64,000 nt of DNA. Origin: Hormiphora californensis. Taxonomy: Eukaryota; Animalia; Ctenophora. The notes under the pieces were generated by a model that saw nothing but the letters and a program-made list of their open reading frames with translations, was not told where the DNA came from and ran no database searches. The position numbers and the translations under genes were made by a program. The DNA lies in NCBI GenBank assembly GCA_020137815.1, contig CM035351.1:1550001-1614000 (forward strand), in the 5' to 3' direction. Positions 11,954 through 25,594 of the stretch are shown one piece after another; the stretch's first letter is position 1; each line of letters begins with the position of its first letter.

Positions 11954-13924
11954 ATGCCCCCAAGGAAGCGGAAGTATGCCGCACCTGTGAGAAAGTCTAA
12001 GCGTATCGCAGCAATGGCGAGTGAAGACATCACCTCACCCCTACGAACACCTCTGTCCGTAGTAGAAGAAGAGCGAGTTTTGGTTAGGGCTAATGTGTAC
12101 TCCAAAACTACCTCTGATTCTACCTCGAGCAAGGGTGATGAGAGAAGAACTACCGAGAAGAACGCAGAAACTATGCCTCTGTCCGTAGTAGAAGAAGAGC
12201 GAGTTTTGGTTAGGGCTAATGTGTACTCCAAAACTACCTCTGATTCTACCTCGAGTAAGGGTGATGAGAGAAGAACTACCGAGGAGAACGCAGAAACTAT
12301 GCCTCAGTCAGATAGCGGAGCGTTCGACTTCTTCTCGTTTATGGACAGTATGCCGGCGGTTCAGCAACCAGCTCCGTCCCACCGTGTTCCTTCGCCAGTC
12401 TACACTCCAGCAGCCAAGGGAGCGTTCCTGGGGGAAGACACCCTGCAGAGAAGTGACTCTTGTCGCGTGAGAGCCTTAAAGAAGGAATCTCGTGTCGAGA
12501 CGCCACTGCCTACAGTAAATTTGAAGGAGGCCGGGAAGTTGTTTGTCAGAGGAGCTACCATACCGTCCCCTCTCAGACCAGTATCAGCAGAAGACAGTGA
12601 AGAGGAAGAGGAACAGTATTGGTACGGCTATGTCGACGGAAGAGGATACCACCCCATGTCCGAGAAACAGGAGCAGACGTACAGAAATTTTCTCGCTCGC
12701 CAGAGGGCTGGTATGCCGTCCCAGATAGACGATCCTCCTCGTCCCGTCATCATTGATCCTAGAGGAGAGCCTATCCGACCTACACCGATTGCTAGGCGAG
12801 ATTGTAATCCGCGTCAGTTGGCTGTAGACAGCGATAGGGAGTCCGTGAGCACCGATACACTGTCTCGTGTACGGAGTGAACACCGTTACAGCAGGTTCCA
12901 GAAGATCAAGACACCGATCTACAAGTCAGGGGACGATTTTGATGTGTTCCTGATGAAGTTCCTGAAGTACCTGAAGCGGAGTAATGTTGCTTGGGTTGAG
13001 CTCGGAGAACATCTACTAGAAAGTATCGAGTGCAAAGACAAGTACAAGAGAGTGAACCGTCTGAAACTCTTGGGACCGGAGCAACGTGATCCTGATCTCT
13101 TGATCTCCGCAGTCCGTAGCGCTATTGTAGATAGTGTGAAGGATGAGGAAGCTGAGAGGAGGAAGCTCATGCAGATGAAGCAGGATACCGAGGAATCTGT
13201 AGAGGAGTTTGCAGATCGTATTCGTGAGGTGGCTGAATATGCCTTCCCTAGTGAAATAGATAGGGTGGTTAATCAGCGCATGATCGAAGCTCTTCAGGAC
13301 GGTCTAATAGACACCCGAGTGAGCGAACTAGTTTGTGATTTGAGGAGCTGCAATCTCAACTTCGACAAAGTAGTTGTACAAGCTGCTAAACGGGCGAAGA
13401 GAAACCAGATGTTCAGAGGGGATGTGTACAGAGATCCCGCTTCTACTTCTCCTCACTCGGACAATGTGTTCCGCATGACATCAAATGTCGTGGAAGACAA
13501 TGCTCCCAGTGCTCCAGCTCGTCAGACATCAGGGAATGCTCCAGCGAGTGTACCTCAGTGTTCCAAGTGCAACCAGAGAGGTCATGACGATGACAATTGT
13601 TGGGCTAGTATGACTTGTCAACTTTGTCGAGCTCATGGACATCCTGCTCACCGATGTGAAAGATTCAGAGGTCGGAATGGCAACTCGCGAGGAGGTAGGA
13701 ACTCGAACCCCACAACGAGGTCCGGAGGTGATCGTTCCAGTTCCTATCGAGGGTGTTATGAGTGTGGTGCTCTAGACCACCGAGTGGCACAGTGTCCAAT
13801 TAGAGCAAGGACTGTTCAATGCTATTCTTGTTACCAGTTTGGGCACCGAGCGGCGGAGTGTCCTCAATTTCAGGGAAACGGCGGGGCGATTGGAGGCTAC
13901 CCAGCAGCAACCGGTCGCCAGTGA
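11954..13924 (+). CDS. gag: Gag with four CCHC zinc knuckles and a 42-aa internal duplication
   Basis: Capsid-like region (Q..DTEESVEEFADRI), CSKC..GH....C, CQLC..HGH...C, CYEC..DH....C, CYSC..GH....C. Confidence 0.9.
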   Translation: MPPRKRKYAAPVRKSKRIAAMASEDITSPLRTPLSVVEEERVLVRANVYSKTTSDSTSSKGDERRTTEKNAETMPLSVVEEERVLVRANVYSKTTSDSTSSKGDERRTTEENAETMPQSDSGAFDFFSFMDSMPAVQQPAPSHRVPSPVYTPAAKGAFLGEDTLQRSDSCRVRALKKESRVETPLPTVNLKEAGKLFVRGATIPSPLRPVSAEDSEEEEEQYWYGYVDGRGYHPMSEKQEQTYRNFLARQRAGMPSQIDDPPRPVIIDPRGEPIRPTPIARRDCNPRQLAVDSDRESVSTDTLSRVRSEHRYSRFQKIKTPIYKSGDDFDVFLMKFLKYLKRSNVAWVELGEHLLESIECKDKYKRVNRLKLLGPEQRDPDLLISAVRSAIVDSVKDEEAERRKLMQMKQDTEESVEEFADRIREVAEYAFPSEIDRVVNQRMIEALQDGLIDTRVSELVCDLRSCNLNFDKVVVQAAKRAKRNQMFRGDVYRDPASTSPHSDNVFRMTSNVVEDNAPSAPARQTSGNAPASVPQCSKCNQRGHDDDNCWASMTCQLCRAHGHPAHRCERFRGRNGNSRGGRNSNPTTRSGGDRSSSYRGCYECGALDHRVAQCPIRARTVQCYSCYQFGHRAAECPQFQGNGGAIGGYPAATGRQ

Positions 13925-16900
13925 ACACTGTTACTAGAACGGATGTGGAGAGTGGAGAGAGGAGGAAGAACATAACAACTGTTTCACCTTCTCGATCCTT
14001 TGCTGCTGTTTGTTCTGAAGAAGTAACACCGCCCCAAGAGGAGAGTGTTGTGAAGAAGGTCGACAGCAGGGAACAGAAAACGTGTCAAGTTGTGATCGAG
14101 GGACAGATGGGAAAACACAGAGTCAGGGCATTTGTCGACTCTGGTTCTTCTATCAGTCTGGTATGTAAGCAGATAGTACAGCGGATGGGCATGCTCGACA
14201 GTATGGTTCCTACCAGTCGGAAGGTATTTGATTTCAGTGGGAATCCTATTTCTCTTCACGGTACTATCGATCTCAACTTCTCCGTGGGCACAAGGGTTAT
14301 TAATCAGTGCTTCGTGGTGTGTGGTTCAATGGATACGGAAGTGTTGCTGGGACATGACTTTCTTTCTGTTAACCATTGTTGTTTGGATTATGGTAGGGAG
14401 TTGTTTCTCCTTCCGGGAGGTGAGAGTGTTTCATTCGCTCCTCGGTTGAAGAATGTTGAGAAGTCGCACCTGATACGCGGGCTGCAGGGACAAGTAGTGC
14501 CACCTGATTCAATAGCCTACATTCAGGGTCGACTTCCACAGCATTTGAAATCGTGTGTGGGAATGATTACACCATTTGGAGCTGTTGGTGAGGATGGGTT
14601 ACTGGTGGCGAGTGCTGTAGCAGAGGGTAGAGATCAGAAGGTGACCCTGAAGGTGATCAACATCTCATGCCATCCAGTGTCTATCCGAAACAAGCAGGTT
14701 TTGGGTAGATTTGGTCCCATTCCAGAGTACAGGCCAATATCAGGAGTACAATGGGCGGACCAGGACAGTGTTGTGAACAAGATCTCAATAGATGTTCATG
14801 AACGCTGGACAAGAGAGGAGCTTTTCGACAGACTTGGTCTGGCTAAACGGCAAGGGCCGGATATGACCGAGGAAGAAGAAGGCCAGCTCAGGGAGATTTT
14901 ATGGAAGTACAGGGATGTTTTCAGTTATGATGAGTATGATATTGGATGTTCCAATATGTACACTGCTGAAATCCGTTTGAAAGAGGGGGCACAACCCTGC
15001 TGGGCAAACCCTTTCCCTGTTCCTTATAAGTTGCGTGACGAGATGGATAGAAACATCGAGAAGATGAAGGAGGCGGGAGTAGTGGAGGAGTTACAGGAGC
15101 CCTCAGACTGGAATTCTCCTATTTTCTTGGTGAAGAAGAAGACAGCAGGATCTTGGAGGTTAGTAGCTGACCTGAGGTGTGTGAACAAGGAGTGTGTGGG
15201 CGATAGCTATCCACTTCCCAACCTGAATCATGTTTTGGATAGTATTGGAGGGGATTCGATATTCTCGAGCTTTGATCTGTCCAAGGGATTCTGGCAAGTC
15301 CCGTACACACAAGAATCGAAAAAGGTAACAGCTTTTCTTCATCGTGGTCGTCAATTATGTTTCGCTAGGATGCTGATGGGACACAAAACATCGAGTTCCA
15401 AGTTCACTAGGATGATGGAGAAATTGTTAGGCACCTTGCCAATTGAACAGGTTATTTATTTTGTGGATGATGTGTTTCTCTCGTCCAAAACTGTGTCCTG
15501 AACATCTAACACGTTTGGATAGACTTTTAAACCGTTTCCAAACAGCTAATCTCAAGATATCTCCCGGGAAGACAGAGTTGTTGAAGAAGGAGGTGGAGTT
15601 TGTGGGGATCTCTATCAGCGGTAAGGGTGTCAGCATCACTGATGATAGAGTTAAATCCCTGACATCTCTCCCAGCTCCAAAGTCGAGGAAGGAAGTAAGT
15701 GAAGTACTAGGTGCGTTCAATTACATTCGAAAGTGGGTAAAAGGGTTCAGTTCAATTACCAAGCCGCTCCATAACATCCTATCAGGACCGAAGAGTCGTC
15801 CCTTTGTGTGGTCTGCTGAGTGTGACAGGGCATACAACCACTTGAAAGAGTTGGTGTGTGAAAAGACCACCCTGTCTATACCCGATCCTGACGACCCTTT
15901 TCAGAGCTATGAGGTGACTGTAGATGCCAGTATGGATGGTTATGGTGCCACTTTATCTCAGGAGTTAATGTGTGATGACGTGAGAGAGCGGAAAATAATC
16001 GCCTTTTATAGCAAGAGTGTTCCCAACTACAAGCGTGCTCGAGGTCAGACGAGGTTGGAGTTTGACGCTATGGTAGCAGCTCTGGAGAATTGGAAAGTAT
16101 ATCTGATGAACACGAAGTTTACTGTGGTAACGGATTGTAAGAGTCTGCTGTCAGCTGAGGACTCTCTGTTTGCCAAGTCGGACCCTACTATCATCCGTAA
16201 GGTTCAGTTACTTGCAAATTATGATTTCGAAATCCGTCATATTGCGGGTGAAACTAACACTCTTGCTGATTTTCTCTCCCGTTTTCCCTTTCGTCGTAGT
16301 AAAACAGATACAGGTACTCAGACAGAGGAGAAGCACACGATTCCTAGAATCGTGCTTCCTTCACCGTGCGATAACCTGGTGCGGGTAGGGTGTAGTGGTT
16401 CATCACTGAGCGCTACATCAGACCCTGCAGATACTCGAGATGGTGTTGGGTGTAGTGGTTCTTCACAGAGCGCTACATCAAACACTGCAGATACTCGAGA
16501 TGGTGTTGGGTGTAGTGGTTCTTCACAGAGCGCTACATCAAACACTGCAGATACTCGAGATGAGATTCCTGTTCTCAGATCGAGTAGTGATGAGGAGGTG
16601 GAGGAGTTGTGTGGGGAAGATCAACCTACACGTGTGCAATCTGACGATATATCAGAGTTGGGGAGTGAGCAGCAGTCGGTCAACAATCTCATCTCACGGG
16701 GTGATGTGACTGACGTTGTTATCAACCAGTTACACGGGGTGCCGGATATCAGGGGAAGTATTTGTGAGGACGAGATTTCTCTCGTTTTGGAAAATCCACA
16801 ATTTCTTACTGATGGTGTTCCCGTTATATTGGAAGATGCAGAGGGAATAAATGTTGGTGAGAAGGGCACTGAGGCGGATGGAGCTTGTGATACAGATCAT

Positions 16901-18385
16901 TTTGGATTTGGTTGGCTCGATTCCTGCAATGAAAGTGAGGTCCATCACCAGACCATTTACCACGTTGAACCTAGTTGTTGGTGTACCGCCAAACCAGCTA
17001 GCACGGTTCCAGAGGTGCTGGAGGTGAATGCGATTTTTGATATTCCTGATGGGGGAGGACAGTTATTAGACTGGAGAGAGTGGGAAACTGCGCAGAAAGA
17101 GGACGATATATTTCTAGTGGTGAGGAATTGGGTGATCCAGGGCTCGCGAGACGTCGTGCAAGCTAACAGGACCCCTACTGAACTGATGTCATTGTGGAAA
17201 CAGTTCAATTTGCTTCGTGTGGAGGACGGAGTACTGCAGAGGAGGTGGAATTTTACATCAACAGGAGAAGACAGGTGGCTGATCCTTGTTCCACCGGATA
17301 AGAGAGAGTTAGTGATGAACAGATGCCATGGTGATCTTTGCGGACATGCCGGAGTGGAAAACACTCAGCTTTGTTTGCGGAGGTGGTACTATTGGCCAGG
17401 GATGGAGAGTGATGTGAAGGAGTTCGTTGCAGCGTGTGTTAACTGTGGGTCCAACAAACAACCCAGGGCCTACGGGAGAGCTCCAATGGCGAGAATGATG
17501 TTCCACCATTTCAATGATGCCATCATTATCGACCACATTGTTCCTCAGAGGAAAGGGAACACACCTCGAAGGAACAATGCAATCCTCACCATCTCAGACG
17601 CCTGGTCCAACTTTGTAATTGCTGTACCGGTGAAATCCCAGACCAGTGAGGAGAACAGAAGAACTATCCTTGAGAGTTGGGTGTACCGTATGGGGTGGCC
17701 ACGTGAGATAATATGCGACAATCACCAGGGGTTCCGAGGCGCCCAGTTTAGAAGATTCTTCGAAATCCATGGTGTTAAGTTAACATATGGAACAGCTTAC
17801 AAGGCGGCCAGTACAGCGAGAGCGGAGATGAACAACAAACGTACCAACACTGTTCTGAGGGCCACACTTCATCAAATGTGTCCTCGAAATTGGGATCTCC
17901 ATCTTGCCAAGGTATCCTTTGTTCTAAACTGTTTGAAAAACAGAAGGACCGGTTACACAGCTAACAGATTGGTGTATGGGCGTGAGTTGAATGTTCCAGA
18001 GATGCTCATGTTGGATAGAGGTGGTGATTCCGAACAGAGTAGTGAGCCGAATTTGTCTGCTGAGATATATAGAAGCTCCAAGGAACTGCGGGATATCTCC
18101 AGGAGGGTGAGGAAGAACATGGACACAGACTGGGGGTATGCCAAGAGATCATACGACAAGAAATGTCATGATCCAGGGTACTCTGCAGGAGATCAGGTGT
18201 TTGTGAGGATAAATTGTCCAGCTCACAAGTTTGGAGCTCGTTGGAATGGCCCATTCTTGGTGAAGAGAGTATTGAACCCTTACCTTTACATGTGCAAAAT
18301 CAGCAACAGAGGACAATGTGATCAATCTCCCCGAAGTGAAGTTTACCGAAAGAAGCAGGCAGGTGAAAACACGGGGGTCAAGTGA
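13873..18385 (+). CDS. pol: Pol (aspartic protease FVDSGS, RT with FVDD, RNase H, HHCC + DDE integrase); -1 frameshift from gag; extra frameshift near 15497
   Basis: ORFs 13819-15501 and 15443-18385; motifs WNSPIFLV, FDLSKGFWQ, VDAS, TDCKSL, LADFLSR, H..GH...C..C, ICDN. Confidence 0.9.
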
Positions 18386-19499
18386 AACCGTGTGATTCTG
18401 TTGATCCTGTTCCTCTCATCGATTTTAGCTACGGGGGAGACCACAAGAGGAAAACTATTGTATAGGCTCCTGTAAGATTGGTGCTGGCAAGTGGGTTTCT
18501 CTTGCCGAGTCTGGTGTGTGGCGATAGATTCCGGTTCCCAGCAGGTGGAATGGGATTTTGTTGTATTGGAGGTCTGAATGTGGGACTATCCAGTAGGGAA
18601 GTAAAGGGATTCTTCAGAGGAGGAGCTAGTGAAACCTTGACAGAGGCTCCGTGTTTGGGGGTTGAATGAATAGAGCACTGATTTGTCGAGAGGACGTCCC
18701 TCCAACTATATTGTATTTTGATTTTGTATTGAAACAGTCTGCGGATCTTCGATATGGACGATGTCAAGACATCATTTGCAGTGAACGAATTTGACTTCGT
18801 TTTCCCTGCTGTAGGTGAGATGATTGTCAGATTGTTCCAATAATCCCGGGGAGTCTGGGTTAGATTGATTGACGTTTGTGTTGAAGGGTGCGGAATAAGG
18901 CCATTGTATTATTTTCGGACAATCATACTGGCTGTGTCGTTAGTTTAGTTTGCACTTTCGAGTTGAGGGTGTTGTTCCCATGTATCGCCATCAGGTCGTG
19001 ACTTATTTTGGGTCAATGTCAATAGGTCAATGGTTACACAGGAAGTCTGTTTCTGTAGATTTTATTTAAACAGGATCGTGTGTTGGTCTTTGGGTCGTAT
19101 TACAGGGCCTTGGAAGTCGAGCTGTGGAATATGCAGGTTCATTCCGGGACGGGGTATCCTGCCCGATATGTCTAATAGGATCCGTCAATGGAATGTTCGC
19201 TGCATGTTCTTTTCCGGCTCAGATATATGTTGCTGAGACGAGGAGTTGTTGCTTTGGGGAGTGGTGTGCTGAAGATGGAGGAGTTGTTGCTTGGGTGGGG
19301 AAGTAATGAATTCAGCGTCAGTTTAGCTTGGGTGGGTGTATCTGCCCCTCAGGGGACTGGTTCGGTGTCTATTAAAAGTGCTATGGGGGAGTACCACTTC
19401 ACTTAACCAGGATAGTAAAGCTGAAGGCCTGGGAGGTAGTACCATGGAAGAAGAAGAATGAGCAGAGTATCGGTTTGAGGGGTTCTCAGGTGTAGGGAT

Positions 19500-21130
19500 C
19501 CGAAGTGGTGGTCCAGGAGAGGAGCCACGGAGAGAGGGAGGGGTTGACCCCAGGCGAGGAACACCGAAAGAGAGCTGGTGTTGGTTGATGTGGGGGTGGA
19601 CCCAGGGAGGAACACCGAAGAGAGCTGGTGGGGTTGAGGGAGGGGTGGAACCAGGAGAGGGAGCACCGGAGGAGAGGGAGGGGTGACCCAGGAGAGGAAC
19701 ACCGAAGAGAGCGGTGTGGTGAGGGAGGGTGACCAAAGCGAGAGGAGCACCGGGAGAGAGCGCTGCTGTGGGAGGGAGGGGGACACAGGAGAGGAGCACC
19801 GGACAGAGAGAAGGTTGTGAGAGGGAAGAGGGGTTGACCCAGGAAAGGAGCACCCCCGGAGAGAGCAGGTGTGGAGATGTGGAGAGGGAGGGGTGACCCA
19901 GGAAAGGAGCACCGGAGAGGAGGTGTGACCCAGGAGAGGAGCCACCGGAGAGAGCTGGTTTGTGGAGGGGAGGGGGGGACACCAGAAAGGAGCCACCGGA
20001 GAGGGAGGGGTGACCCAGGGAGAGGAGCACCCGGGAGAGCAGTGGGGAGAGGGAGGGGGAAAAAGAGAGGAGAAAAGGGAGAGGGAGGGGTGACAAGGAG
20101 AGAGCAAAAGAGAGCGGAAGAGCAGGTTGTGGAGAGGGAGGGGTTGAACCAGGAGAGGAGGCACCGGAGAGAGCTGGGGTGGTGAGGGGGGGTGGCCAAG
20201 GACAGCGAGCAACCGAGAGAGCAGGTGTGGAGAGGAGGGGGGACCTCAGGAAGAGGAACCACCGGAGAGAGCTGGTGTGGAGAGGGAGGGGGGACCCAGG
20301 AGAGGAAACACCGGAGGAGGAAGCAGGTGTGGAGAGGGAGGGGTGACCAGGAGAGGAGCCCCGGGAGAGAAGCTGGCGGTGGTTGAGGGTGGGGGGGGTG
20401 AAAAAGGAGAGGAGCACCGGAGAGAGAGAGCAGGAGGAGAGGCAGGTGTGGAGAGGGAGTGGTGACCCAGGAGAGGGCACCGGAAGAGGGATGGGGTGAC
20501 CCAGGAGGGAGCCCGGAGGAGAGCAGGTGTGGAGAGGGAGGGGTGACAGGAGAGGAGAACCGGAGAGAGCTGGTGCTCATGGTGAGGGTGGGGGTGACCC
20601 AGGACAGGCGCACCGCGAGAGAGCAGGTGTGGTGAGGTGGGGGTGACCCAGGAGAGAAACACCGGAGAGAGCAGGTGTGGAGAGGGATGGGTGACCCCCC
20701 AGGAGAGGAGAACCGGAGAGAGCAGGTGTGGTGAGGGAGGGGTGACCCAGGAGAGGAGCACCGGGAGGGAGGGGTGACCCAGGACAGGAGCCACAGAAGA
20801 GTCAGGTGGAGAGGAGGGGTGACCCAGGCGAGGAACACCGGAGAGAGTGGTGTGGAGAGGAGGGGTGACCAGGAGAGGAAACACCGGAGAGCAGGTGTGG
20901 AGAGGGAGGGGGGACCCCCAGGAGAGGAGCACCGGAGGAGAGCTGGTGTGTGGTGTGGTGAGGGAGGGGTGACCCAGGAGAGGAGAACCGGAGAGAGCTG
21001 GTGGTGGTGAGGGGGGGTGACCCAGGAGAGAGCACCGGAGAGGGAGGGTGTTTGACCCAGGAGAGGAGCCCGGAGAGGAGCTGGGTGTGGTGAGGGAGGG
21101 GTGACCAAAGGAGAGGGGCACCGAAATTGA
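19500..21130. repeat. Degenerate purine-rich minisatellite (GGGGTGACCCAGGAGAGGAGCACCGGAGAGAG...)
   Basis: Recurrent ~45-bp motif with many indels. Confidence 0.8.
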
Positions 21131-22389
21131 AAAGAGCAGGTTATGGCTGAGACATGTGCTTAATGCGAGATATGTTTAGGGTGGCTACCGTGTGAGAGCA
21201 AAAGAAACGATGCAGCAATAGTGTCTGATTGGGAGGAGATGGCAGTGAACATGGGGGGTTGGTTGAGATAAGGGATAGAATAGTGTGTGCGTAAGTACTA
21301 GTACTAGTAGGGTAGGGGTGGGGGGTGGCGGGTAGTGGTACACACTCTTGGATTCTAGATTTATGATACATAATAATGTTCATATGCTGTTCACGTCACA
21401 TTTCCAAAACAACCAGCCAGGTGATACTAGTCCGTAATCGTAATTTAGCATGGTATTATAATATGTAGAATCGCAAAAATTTACATCGCCTCCCGGCGCA
21501 AGTCGTGTATCCCCCACAACGCCGCGCCCAGTCAGAGCAGGGCAGGCAAGATAGCGGCCCGTCCAGGGTTAAGTTTTTTCGAGGGCGTGTAGCTATTTGG
21601 GTTGGTTGTTAAAAACATCTGAATCGCAGAGTTCCCAAACCCATATGTGGCGAAACCGGCAGAGCGACACACATACGGAGCGATGAGGGCAGCGGATCGA
21701 ACCCCGTCATGCCAAGGTTTTTGCCCAGCAGAGAGGAAGTAGGGGCCAATTAGTCGAGAAAGAGAGGGGGTACTAGGCGCTATTGTAGTTTTTGATTAGG
21801 TTACTTTGGGTCAGTGCCAAAGTTGCATCCCAGAGCGAAAAAGGCAGTTACCCAATCCCACAAACCAGCAAAAATCACACAAAACCGACTGGTAGTATAG
21901 AGCAGAGGTTCCTGTTCTTACGGGGATTGTTTTTTTTTTTCGTGGGGTGTTGGTGTCATTTCATACTCGACCGTCATCGTAATCAGGTTGATTGGAAATA
22001 ACGCGGACGGGGAGGGGAGGGGTGAGGGGAGGAGGGGAGGAGGGAGGGGGTGGTTATATGGTAGGACAGGAGAAAGCAGGAGCAGAGAAAGAGAAATTGA
22101 AAAACATCATGAGCGCAAAAACCTACCAGACGGGGGTGGGTTGCTAGGGGGGATGGTTTAGGAGCGGGGGCGGGAGTGGGCGCCACCCTAGCAGCCCGGG
22201 GGGGTCCCTCTTTGCAGTAATGTATAGTAAACAAGTTGTAATAGGTACTTGTCACAGGGTTTTGTCGTTGTGTGCAGGCTGCAGGTATTATCCGGAAGTA
22301 GTATGTACTGGATCAAAGAGCTGGGAAGATGAGCAGAAACCGTAACAACGAGAGAGAGTATATAGGATATATGTGATTCTATTCTTAAT

Positions 22390-22519
22390 TCTAATCCATT
22401 AGAAATGGTGAATCACATATCCTAATCCATAAGGAAGGGTGAATCACATATCCTAATCCATTAGAAAGGGTGAATCACATATCCTAAGACCTAATCCATT
22501 AGAACGGGTGAATCACATA
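22390..22519. repeat. ~30-bp tandem repeat (CTAATCCATTAGAAAGGGTGAATCACATATC), ~4 copies
   Basis: Direct reading. Confidence 0.8.
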
Positions 22520-24793
22520 GGGTAAGCTGGGGTGAACGGTCCGCGGGGGTTTGGTATAAAGTGGCACGATGGGGGCAAAAGTGGCCCTAGTTATTACATG
22601 TGGTCACGTGACTTTTTTTCTCCGCGGAGACCTGATCGTTTGTTCCGAATTTTCGCTTTAAAACTGCTGTCATTTCTGTTTGGGGGTTGGCGATTTAATT
22701 TTGCAAAAAACTGCCAGTTAGCTTATAATTCTCTAAAACGTGGTATAAAATTTTGAAGGAAGAAAGGAAATTGGCCATTTTTGTGTGTCTTAATTGTTCA
22801 ATTTTGTGAAATCGGGCAAATTGGCCCACTCTCCGGGGCGGGCAAAAGTGGGTAAGGTCTGGGGCAAAGTGGCCACCTTAGATCCAATGAAGGGCGCCTG
22901 CAATACCACGTGACATTGGAATGCACAAAAAAATGTAGTCAGACGATAAAATTAGGGGACAAGTGGGCCCATGTTCCGGTGCAGAACATTGGGGCCACTT
23001 GCCCCTAGTTGATCGTTCATCTAAAAAACACCAAGGCACTGATTTTATAATGAAATCGAGGCAATGTGATATTGGATTGGGCCACCACTTTGCCCCGGTG
23101 CAACAAACAAGGAAAAAACTTCCCAATACTAAAAACAACCAAGCCAACACCAAGAAAAAAACAAAAAAGGGTAAGAGAGTGAACGCCCAACAAAAACAAT
23201 ACAAGAAAGCAAAGAAAAGCCAAACACTCAACAACCAAACAAATCTGGCCCAACACAGGAACAAAACACCTATCCCCACGAAGAGTAACTCCTCCACCCA
23301 CAACAACCAACCTCACGAAGAATGAAAATGAGTCGCACAAATGCCCCCCCCCTTCAACCCCTCAGACCATCAATTCACCCTCATCACTCTCTACTACCCC
23401 AACCTATACTTATAAAGCAAACCCCCCCCACCTATCCGCTCCCTCCCACCTGCACCCACCAACCAGACCCCCACAGCACGTCATCAAAACAAAAAACCCA
23501 CTAGCAAATAAGGAAAAAGAGAAGAGAGACGATCACAACCCACCAAAGCCACAACTAACCAAACCCGCACCACACCCCCACACCACTCCCACTCCCGCCC
23601 AAAAACATACTACGCACCCCACTATCTCCACAGTCATTATACTCGCAGCGTTCTCCCCCAAGAGAAGAAGACACACACAAAAGCCCCCCCCCAACCCAGC
23701 CCCACAATACCCCCAAACGACCCAACCGCATCAAGCACACTCCCCGACCACCAACCCAACCCAAACCCCTCAAAACCTTGACCACTACCCCTCCTAGAAC
23801 CCAACCTCCTCCCCCTACCCCGCCATGACACAACAACCCGAAGCGCAAAAGACCCACCCCACCGCACCCCCATAACAACACCCCCAATAGACAACCGCCA
23901 CCCCCCCGACCCCCTCCCCCTCCTCTGCCCCTCTACTGTCACACTCTCTCTTCTCACCCCCTTCTATAATATTCCCCTCCCCCACTACCCACAACCGACG
24001 AGCACGTCACCAAAACCCCGCCCACACCCCACGCCCTCCTCACTACCCAACAACAATAAACGCACCTCCAAACCAGACACCACCCCCCCACCGCATCTCG
24101 CAGCACAACACCACCCCCCTCCCCCCTCCAACTATGCCCAACCCGACATCATCCTCAACTACATCCCCCCTACCTAACCAACCAAACATACTACCCACAC
24201 CACTCCCACTAGCCACCCCACAGACCAATGCTAACCACCACTTGACCTCACCAAACCCCAGCCGCAACCATCCCCCACCAACACACGTCTATAATTCAAA
24301 CTTCCCCGTCCCCATAAAAACCTCACACCCCTTTCACCCCCATAAACCACCACTCCATACGCTCCCTCCCCACCCCCCCCCCCCCCCGTAACCCTGAGCC
24401 GTACCCAGCCCCCCCAACCCCACCAACCTCCCCCCCACACCACGCCCCCCCGAAGTAACACTATGCCAACGAAGAAACAAACCCCCATAAAACCCCCCTC
24501 TCTAAGAGACGCGCTCCCCAAGCACATATGAAAGAGAGAAAAGCAGTCAGACAGAGATAGAATCGCAAGTGCAGGACGAGAAGAATGAGGAAGCAGAAGA
24601 ACATACAGCTACGGCCCAGCGACGAGAGGAGCTGCATGAGAACGAAGAATAGGAGGAGACGAGAAGTAGGAGAAGAAGGAAGAATAGAAGACTAGCAAGA
24701 GAGATGGAGCTTGAGAGAGGAGACGGAGGAGAGAGCAGAGAAGAGAGAGAGAGAGCGAGAGAGAGAGGGAAAGAGAGAGGAAGAGAGAAGAGA

Positions 24794-24853
<60 letters not shown>

Positions 24854-24863
24854 AGAGAGAGAG

Positions 24864-24985
<122 letters not shown>

Positions 24986-25053
24986 GAGAGAGAGAGAGCG
25001 CTCTCTCTATCTCTCATCTTCTCCGTCTCTATCTCTTCTATCTCTTCTCTCTA

Positions 25054-25087
<34 letters not shown>

Positions 25088-25119
25088 AGCTCAACCCCTC
25101 AAGTTCGCAAGCAGATCTA

Positions 25120-25594
25120 CTAGACTTGTGATACGTGATACCTACGAATTACGTCGTCAAACTGACGGATCACGTCGTCACACTGACGGATCACATCGTC
25201 ACACTGACAGATCACGTCGTCACATTGACGGATCACGTCGTCACACTGACGATAGGGTGTCACATTTCCGTGCAAATTTGCATTAGATATAGTTAGATAG
25301 GGACTAGCAAACCCGTTCGCCCTACGGGCGAATTTCGGTGAAATGGTAGCTGGATTAGGGAAACACTGAAATGATCCCTCGCCTTTTTCTCTCTCTCTCT
25401 TTCTCTCTTCTATGTATGTCATTTGACCCCTCAAGTTCTCAGCACTTGTGATACGTGATACCTACGAATCACATCGTCACACTGACGGATCACGTGTCAA
25501 TTAACGGATCACGTCGTCACACTGACGGATCACGTCGTCACATTGGCGATAGGGTGTCACATTTCCGTGCAAATTTGCATTAGATATAGTTAGA
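25120..25594 (-). mobile_element. Two tandem non-autonomous Helitron-like elements (25304-25594 and ~25120-25297) with ~21-bp internal repeats
   Basis: Minus strand starts TCTAACTATATCTAAT and ends with hairpin TTCGCCCgtaGGGCGAA followed by CTAG|T. Confidence 0.6.

Larger units (their letters stand above)
11625..18400 (+). mobile_element. Gypsy/Ty3 LTR retrotransposon (5' LTR ~11625-11930, PBS-like TGGTGGCTTCGGTC at 11931; 3' LTR not seen)
   Basis: Starts TGTAG at end of array; gag-pol with PR-RT-RH-IN order. Confidence 0.9.

Noticed and set aside
15490-15505. Second programmed frameshift within RT
   Set aside because: Falls just after the catalytic motif with no slippery site; more likely a 1-bp mutation or sequencing error
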